Source: an uncultured Acidimicrobiales bacterium (GTDB lineage Bacteria; Actinomycetota; Acidimicrobiia; Acidimicrobiales; SZUA-35). From it: 64,000 bases of DNA. The translations under genes were made by a program, and so were the position numbers. How positions within the stretch are numbered: position 1 is the stretch's first letter; every line of letters begins with the position of its first letter. The DNA is taken from positions 66 to 64,065 of the forward strand of contig CALEWY010000008.1 of assembly GCA_937925335.1 (NCBI GenBank). The letters run 5' to 3'. Below the pieces are notes generated by a model. The model saw only the letters and a list, made by a program, of their open reading frames with translations. It made no database searches and was not told where the DNA came from. Below are positions 54,185 to 62,742 of this stretch, piece after piece.

Positions 54185-55405
54185 CTAGCAGGAGCGCATC
54201 ACGGCATCGAGGAGCTGCTTGCCGGCTCGTTCCCACGTGTGGGTTGATCGCACGCTGATCGCTCGATCGCGAAGCTCGGCGGCGAACGCTGGGTCATGGA
54301 GGATCGATTGCACACCCGCTGCGATCGCGGCCGCGTTGGGTTCGACGACGATGCCAGCGCCGGTCGACTCGACCGTCTCGACGAGTCCTCCACCGTCCCG
54401 GCAGACAACCACCGGCTTTCCCCACACCATTGCCTCGAGTGCCGTGAGCCCGTAATCCTCTCGGTAGGCCGGAGCGATGACCACCGACGCGTCGGCGTAG
54501 GCCTGATTGCGAGCGGCGTCGCCGACCTGGCCAGCGATGGTGACCGGCGAGCGAGCGTGGCCGGTCGACCGACGGGGTAGTGACGCGACCAGGCGGCCAC
54601 GGATTCCGCTGCGATCCGACCCGGAAGGAGCAGCGAGCTCGCCGAGGTCGTCTGTCGAGGCATCCAGCTCACCAGCGGTCAATCGCCGATCGAGATCGCG
54701 CAAGGCTTGGAGCCGTCCGCCGTCGCCGATCACGGTTGTCTCATGCTGGTGAATGTGGGCGGCCCCAACGACGAGTTCGGCTCGTTTCGGCCACTCTTGG
54801 CGGCCCACGCACACCACCGGTCCGTGCCCCGACCACGGCGGAACCTCGTCCGGTGGATCGGTGAGCGGTGGAGCGTCGAGCACGTCGATCGGCTCCGCGA
54901 TGTTCCACGCGTCGGTGAGGCGGCGGGCACATTCGTTGGAACCCGCAAGCCAGCGTTGCACACCACCACGGTGGCGATCGTCGATCGCTCGCACGTTGGC
55001 GACCGCAGCAGCGTGGATCGTCGGGTCGACGTAGCCAGCGTTCACGTAGGGCTCAGCAAGCTCATAGAAGATTCGGGCCTGGTGATAGAAGAGACCGAGA
55101 ATGCGATCGTGAGGAGCGAGGTAACCCGGCGGCTGTGTGCTCATCACAAGATCGAACGCATCGAGTTCGAGGCGGCGAGTGTCGTGAACCATCGCCAGGT
55201 AGTTGAAGTAGTCCGGATGATCGAACCACCGGCTCGGCGCATCGGCTTGGCCCCAGATCGGGCGAGGGCGCTGCTTGCCGGGAATGGAGACAGGTGTGAT
55301 CTCGTGGCCGTCCGCCTCGATGGCCGAGGCAAGGCGCGCCAGTAGGTACTCAAAACCTCCGGTAACGCCGTAGTCGGGTTTGACCACCCCGATCTTCAGC
55401 GTCAC
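54185..55405 (-). CDS. GT-B glycosyltransferase (GT4-like)
   Basis: N-terminal GVVKPDYGVTGGFEY and C-terminal REDYGLTALEAMVWGKPVVV (E-x7-E-like) pattern. Confidence 0.85.
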   Translation of the reverse strand: MTLKIGVVKPDYGVTGGFEYLLARLASAIEADGHEITPVSIPGKQRPRPIWGQADAPSRWFDHPDYFNYLAMVHDTRRLELDAFDLVMSTQPPGYLAPHDRILGLFYHQARIFYELAEPYVNAGYVDPTIHAAAVANVRAIDDRHRGGVQRWLAGSNECARRLTDAWNIAEPIDVLDAPPLTDPPDEVPPWSGHGPVVCVGRQEWPKRAELVVGAAHIHQHETTVIGDGGRLQALRDLDRRLTAGELDASTDDLGELAAPSGSDRSGIRGRLVASLPRRSTGHARSPVTIAGQVGDAARNQAYADASVVIAPAYREDYGLTALEAMVWGKPVVVCRDGGGLVETVESTGAGIVVEPNAAAIAAGVQSILHDPAFAAELRDRAISVRSTHTWERAGKQLLDAVMRSC

Positions 55406-58293
55406 GCCTGCGACTCGTCCTCGATGGATGCGAGGCGCTCTTCGAGTTCGGCGACCTGTGCGCTGAGTTCTCGGACCACCTCGAGGGCTGCTTCGTTGAA
55501 CGCCAGTTGTTCGTTGGTGATGGCTTGGCCCGCCCGAATCAACGCCTTCTTCGGCATCTTCAGCCGAGCATCGTGGGGAAGTACCCGCCCGGCATGGCGA
55601 TTGGCTGCCATTGCTTTGAGCTGCTCTCTCAGGTTTGGATTCATGGTGGTCATCTCCATGGGCGGTCCCGAATCGAGGGCCGCGAGCCCAATTCGGTTCA
55701 TGAGTTCAACGGTTGCGTCGTTTGGTGGGGGTGCGGTGTCGGCGATTCGTGGCTTCGCGACCGCCGGCCACGGATGGGCGGTGGTGAGATGGTTCCCGAA
55801 GGGGGCCAGAACATCGCTTGTCATTCGGTCACCGAGCAGGCGCCAATCGGCTTGCTCGGCGACGAGGCGGCCGGCGGTGGTCCGTCTCTTGCGCTCGTCG
55901 AACGGTGTTGCGAGCAGTGAGTCGAGCCCAGCGCTGAGTGCGTCAGCTTTACCCTCGGCGGTGAACACCACCGAATCGGGGTCTTCGAGTCCTCGCGCGC
56001 CGATCGGCGTCGTCAAGATCGGCACACCAACGGCGAGATAGTCGTAGAGCTTCAGATTACTGCCGCCCCCGGAGACCATTGGGTTGAGCGCAACGTCGGA
56101 CCCGGCGAGCAACGGCCACAAACTCTCCTCGGCGAAGGTCGGCAACAGGCGAACGTTCGGTGGCACTGTCGCTTGGTCGAACTGCAGTGTGTGGCTGCCC
56201 GCGAGCACGAAGATGACATCGTGACGTGGGGCTATCTCGATGATCAGCCTCGCAGCGTCGAGGTTTGGCGGGTGCCACGAACCAATGAACACGGCGAGTG
56301 GGCGAGGATCGTTCGGCGCAACGCCAGCGAGTGCAAGCGCCTCGGGACGAACCGCTGATCGGTCGTCCTCGGAGCGCAGCGGCATCGCGGTGGTGTCGAC
56401 CCCGTTTGGGACGACGGCGGTGCTCCTCGTCTTCTTGGAGTCAGCGCCCGTACCAGGGTCGAGACTGAGGACCGCGTTGAGATCGTCGTCGGTGCAGGCC
56501 GACACGTGATCGGCGAGTCGAACAGCGGTCGACTCGGCCTCGGTGACCGCGTCGATGAGCCAACGGCGCGCCGCGGGCGATGCCGCTGAGTCGTCGAGCA
56601 TCGCCGCCTTGAACGGTGTCTCGGCGTTGTGCGAGTCATAGACGAATCGGATTGGTCGATCGATGGTCTTGAGCGCCGCGTCGATGGCGGGAGCGAGGAA
56701 CGGATGGCTCGAAACCACGACGTCGGCGGCGTTGAGCACCGATCGCAGCTCGGTGCCGAACGCCGGGGTCGCTTCCCAAAGCCGACCGCAGGTGATGTCG
56801 TCGATCGGGAATCCCGCGATGCGAGTGATCTCGGCCTCTGCATCGAGATGCTGCGGTGATCGAGGAATCTCGACGAGGGTGATGCCGGGTTCGATCACCC
56901 GACGAGAAACCCTGACGCCGTCTCCCGAGCCTGGACCGACGAGGGCCAAAACGGTGACGTCGGCTTGACGGGCGAGCGCCCGAGCGAGATGTCGAACTCG
57001 CCGCTGCCCACCACCGATCGCCGGTTCGATCCCGAAGGTGCTGACCATGACAACCGACGGTCGGGTGGTTGATGTGCCACGAGTTGCGACAGCTGCCTCG
57101 ATGCTGCGAACAAGCGGCTCCCACGTGATCGCACTTGCTCGTCGCTGGCCGTTCACACCGAGTTGCCAGCGGCGGTAGGGATCGTCAGCAAGTCGATCGA
57201 TTGCATCAGCAAGCGCCTCGACGGTGGGCTCAACGACGATGCCGCCAACGGTGTCGTGGCTGATCAGTTCGTTCGCCCCGCCAGCATCGGTCGTGGTGAT
57301 GACGGGTGTTGCGGCCAGCATCGACTCGAGCGAGATGTAGCCGAAGTCTTCTTGTAGCGGCAGGAAGATGGTGGCGTCTGAGTCTGTGTACCGGACGGCG
57401 AGGTCCTCCTCGCTGATTCGTCCGAGGAACTCAATCCGCTCGTTGCCTCCGGCCTCGCGTTCGAGATTGGCCCGCTCCGGTCCATCGCCCGCGATCGCCA
57501 ACGTGAGCTGGCGGTCGTTGTGTCCATCGGTGAGTCGTCGGAACGCTCGGATGATCAGGTCGATTCGTTTGGGAGCATCGTGGCGACTGGCGGTGAAGAA
57601 GGTCGGCCCTTCGTAGGTGGCCTGATCATCATCGGCGCCTCGTTGCTGGGCTGCGCCGAGGGGTAGGTCGGAGACCGGGTGCGCCACCTGGACGGCTCGA
57701 TGGGCCGGGAAGTAGTCGGGACGGCCGGCCACTTCGGCACTGATCGCGGCGAAGTGTCGAATTCGATCGCCGGCGAAGGCGAGTTCATCCAAACGGTGCA
57801 CCGCTGCGCGGCCGAGCGGACTGGGGTGGGCGTTCAGCTCGTGGTCAGGGCCGAGCCGTTCGAGAAGCGCGTCGATCTCGTCGAGGAGCTGATCCGGGTT
57901 GTCGATGGCGCCGAGATGGCCAGCCCCGATCGCTTCGAGTGCTGGTGACGCGGTGGTGAGGTCAGCAGGCTCGAGATGGCCGGGGTAGGTGTCGTACAGG
58001 CCACGAAGCGGGTGCAGCATGTAAACGATGTGGCACGGATGATCGACCATCCAAGCCGGGTACTTTCCGGTGATGACGACGTCGAAGCGTGAAACGTCTG
58101 CTGAGCGAAACGCTCGGTAGCCATCGACCACTTCCTGCAGCGTCGTCTCCGGGAACGGAAGTGTGACCACTTCAGCTTGGTGGCCGGCCGCAATCAAACC
58201 GTTGGCGAGTGAACGCCACAGCCGTTCGGCGCCGCCTTCGACGGCGGGAACAGGGGCGGGAGCGAGGATTCCGATTCGGAGCGCAGCGCTCAC
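55402..58293 (-). CDS. 963-aa protein with two tandem GT-B glycosyltransferase modules and a C-terminal coiled-coil tail
   Basis: Module 1 has RIGILAPAPVPAVEGGAERL ... EDFGYISLESMLAATPVITT. Module 2 has VVMVSTFGIEPAIGGGQRRV ... GGGSNLKLYDYLAVGVPILTT. The tail ends ...VRELSAQVAELEERLASIEDE. Confidence 0.85.
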   Translation of the reverse strand: MSAALRIGILAPAPVPAVEGGAERLWRSLANGLIAAGHQAEVVTLPFPETTLQEVVDGYRAFRSADVSRFDVVITGKYPAWMVDHPCHIVYMLHPLRGLYDTYPGHLEPADLTTASPALEAIGAGHLGAIDNPDQLLDEIDALLERLGPDHELNAHPSPLGRAAVHRLDELAFAGDRIRHFAAISAEVAGRPDYFPAHRAVQVAHPVSDLPLGAAQQRGADDDQATYEGPTFFTASRHDAPKRIDLIIRAFRRLTDGHNDRQLTLAIAGDGPERANLEREAGGNERIEFLGRISEEDLAVRYTDSDATIFLPLQEDFGYISLESMLAATPVITTTDAGGANELISHDTVGGIVVEPTVEALADAIDRLADDPYRRWQLGVNGQRRASAITWEPLVRSIEAAVATRGTSTTRPSVVMVSTFGIEPAIGGGQRRVRHLARALARQADVTVLALVGPGSGDGVRVSRRVIEPGITLVEIPRSPQHLDAEAEITRIAGFPIDDITCGRLWEATPAFGTELRSVLNAADVVVSSHPFLAPAIDAALKTIDRPIRFVYDSHNAETPFKAAMLDDSAASPAARRWLIDAVTEAESTAVRLADHVSACTDDDLNAVLSLDPGTGADSKKTRSTAVVPNGVDTTAMPLRSEDDRSAVRPEALALAGVAPNDPRPLAVFIGSWHPPNLDAARLIIEIAPRHDVIFVLAGSHTLQFDQATVPPNVRLLPTFAEESLWPLLAGSDVALNPMVSGGGSNLKLYDYLAVGVPILTTPIGARGLEDPDSVVFTAEGKADALSAGLDSLLATPFDERKRRTTAGRLVAEQADWRLLGDRMTSDVLAPFGNHLTTAHPWPAVAKPRIADTAPPPNDATVELMNRIGLAALDSGPPMEMTTMNPNLREQLKAMAANRHAGRVLPHDARLKMPKKALIRAGQAITNEQLAFNEAALEVVRELSAQVAELEERLASIEDESQA

Positions 58294-58529
58294 GACCGGG
58301 CCTGTGCTGATCGGGACTGGGCGATGGCGTCGTCCACGACGGCATCGAAGTAGGCGCCGTCGTCGCCGAGCTCCGCTCGCCGCTGGTCACGGCGCCGGTT
58401 GCGAGTTGTTCTCGCCACAGCTCGGACTCGTTCGCTCAGGGGTGCTGGTGCGTGGTTCACGACGGCACGAGCGCGACGCAGAACCTTGCGCAAGAGGTTT
58501 GCGGCTTGAGGCGGGAGCTGCGGGCTCAT
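58290..58529 (-). CDS. Arg-rich 79-aa hypothetical protein
   Basis: The ORF fills the gap between meaB and the 963-aa GT exactly, with 4-nt start/stop overlaps on both sides. GC3 is consistent with coding. No homology support. Confidence 0.35.
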   Translation of the reverse strand: MSPQLPPQAANLLRKVLRRARAVVNHAPAPLSERVRAVARTTRNRRRDQRRAELGDDGAYFDAVVDDAIAQSRSAQARS

Positions 58530-59527
58530 AACGACGTTGATGTGTTGAGAATGAGGCCGGCGAGTTCGGTCGCTGCGGAGCTTGGCGACCGACGGCCGGC
58601 AGCCACCGCAGCCGAGAGGTCTTTGCGGCGCTCGTCGTGGCTTGTGTGGGCGGCAAGTGCATCGAGCAGGCCGGCTTGTACGGCGCGGTCGAGGGCTGCG
58701 AGGCGCTGCTCAGCCCGGACGTCATCGAGCGTCCCGTCGGTGTCGAGACGGGCCCAGAGCTCAGCGACGGCTTCCCACACGGTTGCCACGCCCCGGTGGT
58801 GCAATGCTGAGCACGTGAGGACTTGGGAGGGCTCGGTTCCGCGTCGAGGTCGAAGCAGGCCAAGAGCATGTCGATAGTCGGCTGCTGTGTGGGTGGCGAT
58901 CGCTTCGAGATCACCATCGGCCTTGTTGACCACGAGAATGTCGACCAGCTCCATCACCCCACGCTTGATGCCTTGGAGATCATCACCACCGCCTGGCGCC
59001 ACGAGAAGCAAGAAGAGATCGGTGATGTCAGCGACGGCGGTCTCGGACTGTCCAACACCGACGGTCTCGATGATCGTGATGTCGAACCCAGCCGCTTCGA
59101 CCACCTCGATTGCTTCAGCGGTCCGCTGGGCGACGCCGCCGAGCGTGCCAGCCGCAGCGGAAGGACGGATGAATGCCTCTCGTCGATTGACCAAGTTGGC
59201 CATACGGGTCTTGTCGCCGAGGATCGAACCTCCCGTTCGGGCTGATGAAGGGTCGATCGCAAGGACGGCGACACGATGACCATCGTCGACCAAGAGGGTT
59301 CCCAGCGATTCGATGAACGTGCTCTTCCCGACTCCCGGGGTGCCGGACACACCGAGCCGAATCGAACGCTTCGTTTCACCGGAGGTGAGGAGGAGATCGA
59401 GCAGCTCGTTGGCCTGCTCTCGGTGGTCGCTCCGCGTCGACTCGATCAGGGTCAGCGTGCGCGCCAGAGTTCCACGATCACCGGATTGAAGCCCAGCCAA
59501 CATCTCTGATGGAGTCGATCTCCGCAC
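58526..59527 (-). CDS. meaB: MeaB/ArgK-type G3E P-loop GTPase
   Basis: GVSGTPGVGKSTFIESLG, DPSS..TGGSILGDKTRM, IETVGVGQSE and VVNKADG motifs. No methylmalonyl-CoA mutase gene is in the window. Confidence 0.88.
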   Translation of the reverse strand: MRRSTPSEMLAGLQSGDRGTLARTLTLIESTRSDHREQANELLDLLLTSGETKRSIRLGVSGTPGVGKSTFIESLGTLLVDDGHRVAVLAIDPSSARTGGSILGDKTRMANLVNRREAFIRPSAAAGTLGGVAQRTAEAIEVVEAAGFDITIIETVGVGQSETAVADITDLFLLLVAPGGGDDLQGIKRGVMELVDILVVNKADGDLEAIATHTAADYRHALGLLRPRRGTEPSQVLTCSALHHRGVATVWEAVAELWARLDTDGTLDDVRAEQRLAALDRAVQAGLLDALAAHTSHDERRKDLSAAVAAGRRSPSSAATELAGLILNTSTSL

Positions 59528-59605
59528 CGGGTCAAGGGTAGTTCGAGAGACCCCGCCAAATTGCGACGGTCGAGCGGCTTCTGACGCTCGTTCCCGAGCG
59601 CTGAA

Positions 59606-61789
59606 TCAGCCGGGGAAGCGCTGCTCGGAGCGCTCCTGATACTCAGCACTTCCGACCAGCAAAGCGGCGAGGTTGATCTCATCACCGGTGGTCAAGAACT
59701 GCGCCCAGTAGTCACGGCCGCTGGCCTCGGGATCACGGGCGAGCAGCTTGTCGTACAACGAATCGACTCGGCGTCCACCGGATTCGTATGACGTAAAGAC
59801 GACACTGGAGAGTGAGCCGCGAGGTTCCCCGGCATCGAGACGTTCGATCCAGAACGCTCGGCCGTCGGCCTCAGAGGGCCGAGCGAGCACGGCGGAATAC
59901 AACGCATCGACGAACTTCGGGTTGGTTCCCCCGACCGAGATGAAGTACTCCGGCGACGAGAAGAAGCTCGAAACGACCTCCGACGTTGGCTGTCCGGCCC
60001 GAAGTTGGCTGATCCAGTAGGCCCGCCCAGACGCGTCGGGGGCTCGGCCGAGGATCGAGGCGTAGAGATCGTCGACCACAACGCCGAGCCATTCGTCGGT
60101 TGTGGCGAACTGGAAGGCGACCTCACCCTTGGTGAGCTCTCCGCCAAGGCGGCTCGACCAGAAGTCGATGCCAGCCTGGTCGGCAGGGCGGCCGAGCAGA
60201 TCGATGTAGAGGGCTCGCAGCCAGGGCTCCATCCAGGCGGCGCCGGCGAACTCGGTCTCGGTCGAGCCGGTGTTGGTCTGGTTCTGAGCGAACATGGGCC
60301 AATCCGATGCGCCGAGCGGTGATCCGGTTCCGAACCCAACGACGGTGAGATCGTCGCCGGTGCTGCGGCCGGAGTTCGGTGCGCCGGAATCCTCTCGGAG
60401 GTACTGGACGAGGATCGTGGCTTCCCCGTTGTGATCGATGACGGTTGGTTGGCCCTTTGGCGCATAGGCGTTGCCGTCGGTTCCCCCGATGGCCCCGGAG
60501 ACCCGCTCAACGCTGCCGTTGGAGCCATCGAGGATCCAGAGCTGAGCGTGGATGAACCCGACGACTTCTTGTTGGCCGTCGTTGTCGACATCAGCGATGG
60601 AGACCGGTGCGACGATGCCAGGGAAGCGAACCGTTCCACCCTTGCAATCGAAGACGTCGCCCACCGACCACATGCCACACGCTGTCCACTTGGTGGATCC
60701 GTCGTGTTCGAGCACATGGAAGCGGCCGTCATTGGCCGAGGTGGCGATCTCGAGTTGTGGATCACTGTCGAGATTGCCGAGTGCCGGCGTGGCATCGGAG
60801 ACTGCACCGAGGTCGGCTGGCCAGCCGGGCAGCATTGCGCCGGTCTGTCCATCGAGGGCGTAGACCCGGCGGGCGGGAGCTTCCGCTTCACCGATGGCCG
60901 AGAAATAGACGCCGGATCCGAGGACCACGTCGAGGTCGCCGTCGGCATCGATGTCGCCGATCGACGACCCGGAGGTGATGATCTCGCCGGCGATACACGT
61001 CTGCCACTTCTGAGCGCCGGTGTGGTCATAGGCACGAACGGCAGCTCCGAAGCTCGGGCAACCGGCGTGAGAGGCGGTGATGTAGTCAACATCGAACGCA
61101 CCGATGATCTCGGCAAAGCCGTCGTTGTCGATGTCGGCGATTGCTGGGGTTGACCACGATGAGTCGAGGGTTGTGACGGGGAACCCTGGGACCGGCGTGC
61201 CGTCGTGGTTCCAAGCGTTGAGCGAGTGATCGTTGCTGGTGAGCACGACTTCGGGTCGACCGTCGTTGTCGATGTCGCCGATCGCAGCCGATCCGTAGAT
61301 TGCCGGGCTCTTGCCCTGGTCGGCGAATCGATTCGTGCGGTTGCGCCAGATCTCTGTGCCGTCGCCTCGGATGGCGACGACGTCGCCGATGATGTTGCCA
61401 ACGACGATGTCGAGCGTGCCGTCCCCATCGATGTCGCCGAGTGAAGGAGTGCCCTGAATCTCGCCGGCACCGATGAAGTACTGGCGAGGGTTGTCGCCAT
61501 CGAGTTCGCCGATGATGAGCCGGCCGTCCATGCCGCCGATCACGACGTTCGGTTTGCCGTCGCCCGTGACGTCACCGTAGGCGGGGCTCGACCGAGCCTC
61601 CGGGGTGAAGAGGTCGTAGTAGGCGTTCTGATCGGCACCGAATCGGAACCGCTCGGTGAGCTCGGGCGGCAGAGCACCACTCGCCGGTGAGGCGGTCGAG
61701 GCAAGCAACGCACTGATCATCGCAACGACGGCTGTGACGATGGCAGCCCGGCGCGAACGCGACGATCGGGGAGAGGAAACCGAATTCAT
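59606..61789 (-). CDS. Secreted FG-GAP/VCBS seven-repeat propeller protein with C-terminal 4x DUF4214-type cassette
   Basis: Signal peptide MNSVSSPRSSRSRRAAIVTAVVAMISALLASTASPASG. There are seven (G/A)D(I/V)(D/T)(G/N/A)DG...(V/I)V repeats, followed by the DUF4214-like cassette. The ORF part upstream of 61789 overlaps rfbA. Confidence 0.8.
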   Translation of the reverse strand: MNSVSSPRSSRSRRAAIVTAVVAMISALLASTASPASGALPPELTERFRFGADQNAYYDLFTPEARSSPAYGDVTGDGKPNVVIGGMDGRLIIGELDGDNPRQYFIGAGEIQGTPSLGDIDGDGTLDIVVGNIIGDVVAIRGDGTEIWRNRTNRFADQGKSPAIYGSAAIGDIDNDGRPEVVLTSNDHSLNAWNHDGTPVPGFPVTTLDSSWSTPAIADIDNDGFAEIIGAFDVDYITASHAGCPSFGAAVRAYDHTGAQKWQTCIAGEIITSGSSIGDIDADGDLDVVLGSGVYFSAIGEAEAPARRVYALDGQTGAMLPGWPADLGAVSDATPALGNLDSDPQLEIATSANDGRFHVLEHDGSTKWTACGMWSVGDVFDCKGGTVRFPGIVAPVSIADVDNDGQQEVVGFIHAQLWILDGSNGSVERVSGAIGGTDGNAYAPKGQPTVIDHNGEATILVQYLREDSGAPNSGRSTGDDLTVVGFGTGSPLGASDWPMFAQNQTNTGSTETEFAGAAWMEPWLRALYIDLLGRPADQAGIDFWSSRLGGELTKGEVAFQFATTDEWLGVVVDDLYASILGRAPDASGRAYWISQLRAGQPTSEVVSSFFSSPEYFISVGGTNPKFVDALYSAVLARPSEADGRAFWIERLDAGEPRGSLSSVVFTSYESGGRRVDSLYDKLLARDPEASGRDYWAQFLTTGDEINLAALLVGSAEYQERSEQRFPG

Positions 61790-61821
61790 CCCGTCAGTAT
61801 CGGCGCGTTCGTGGAAAACCT

Positions 61822-62742
61822 TCAGTCGGAAGAAGCGGCGAGGGCCGATTCGGCGATCTGGGCGAGATATTCGCCATAACCACTCTTGAGGAGCGGTTCG
61901 GCGAGGGTGAGGAGCTGCGCGGCATCGATGAAGCCCATGCGGAAAGCAACTTCTTCTGGTGACGCGATCCGGGTGCGCTGGCGTTGTTCGATGACCCGAA
62001 CGTATTCCGACGCTTCGACGAGAGACATGAACGTGCCCGTGTCGAGCCAGGCGAAACCTCGGTCGAGCTTTGACACGTCGACCTGGCCTCGATCGAGGTA
62101 CCACTGGATCACCGAGGTGATCTCGAGTTCGCCTCGTTCCGACGGCTGCACGCTTCGAGCCGCCGCTGATACGTCAGCCGGGAAGAAGTAGAGGCCGGTC
62201 ACCGCCCAGTCTGACGTGGGGTGCTCCGGCTTCTCTTCGATCGAGATTGCCGTGCCCTCGGCGTCCATGTCGACCACGCCATACCGCTCTGGGTCGCCAA
62301 CCTGTTGGGCGAAGAGAGATGCGCGATCGGTGATGGCCGACGCGGCTTGGAGTTGTTCGCTGAACCCGCTGCCGTAGAAGAGGTTGTCGCCGAGCACCAG
62401 GCATGCGGGATGGCCGTCGAGGAACTCCTCGCCGATCAAGAAGGCTTCGGCCAATCCGTTTGGTGCCGACTGTGTTGCGTACTCGATTCGCATTCCCCAC
62501 GCCGACCCGTCGCCGAGAAGGCGCTGGAATGACTCCGAATCGTGCGGTGTTGTGATGATCAAGACTTCATCGATCCCCGCCAACATCAGGGTCGAGAGCG
62601 GGTAGTAGATCATCGGCTTGTCATACACCGGGAGCAGCTGCTTCGAAACGGCCAAGGTGACGGGGTGAAGGCGGCTGCCCGTGCCGCCTGCGAGGATGAT
62701 GCCGCGTCGCTTCGTGTGATGTGCGTTCGCAATGCTGTTCAT
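61822..62742 (-). CDS. rfbA: Glucose-1-phosphate thymidylyltransferase
   Basis: KRRGIILAGGTGSRLHPVT..SKQLLPVYDKPMIYYPLS is the canonical RmlA N-terminus. ATGA overlap with the rfbD stop. Confidence 0.95.
   Translation of the reverse strand: MNSIANAHHTKRRGIILAGGTGSRLHPVTLAVSKQLLPVYDKPMIYYPLSTLMLAGIDEVLIITTPHDSESFQRLLGDGSAWGMRIEYATQSAPNGLAEAFLIGEEFLDGHPACLVLGDNLFYGSGFSEQLQAASAITDRASLFAQQVGDPERYGVVDMDAEGTAISIEEKPEHPTSDWAVTGLYFFPADVSAAARSVQPSERGELEITSVIQWYLDRGQVDVSKLDRGFAWLDTGTFMSLVEASEYVRVIEQRQRTRIASPEEVAFRMGFIDAAQLLTLAEPLLKSGYGEYLAQIAESALAASSD

Noticed and set aside
58526-59527. MeaB as part of a methylmalonyl-CoA mutase operon
   Set aside because: No mutase subunit gene is present on either side within the window, so the classical context does not apply here. 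This is kept as a finding instead.
59692-61500. 602-aa same-strand, alternative-frame ORF inside the FG-GAP gene
   Set aside because: The product is Ser/Pro/Thr/Arg-rich with no motifs. The FG-GAP frame carries seven clean Ca-binding-type repeats plus the DUF4214 cassette, so this is a frame-shifted shadow ORF.
61790-62104. Upstream 105-aa extension of the FG-GAP ORF
   Set aside because: It would overlap the 3' end of rfbA. A classic signal peptide begins at ATG 61789.
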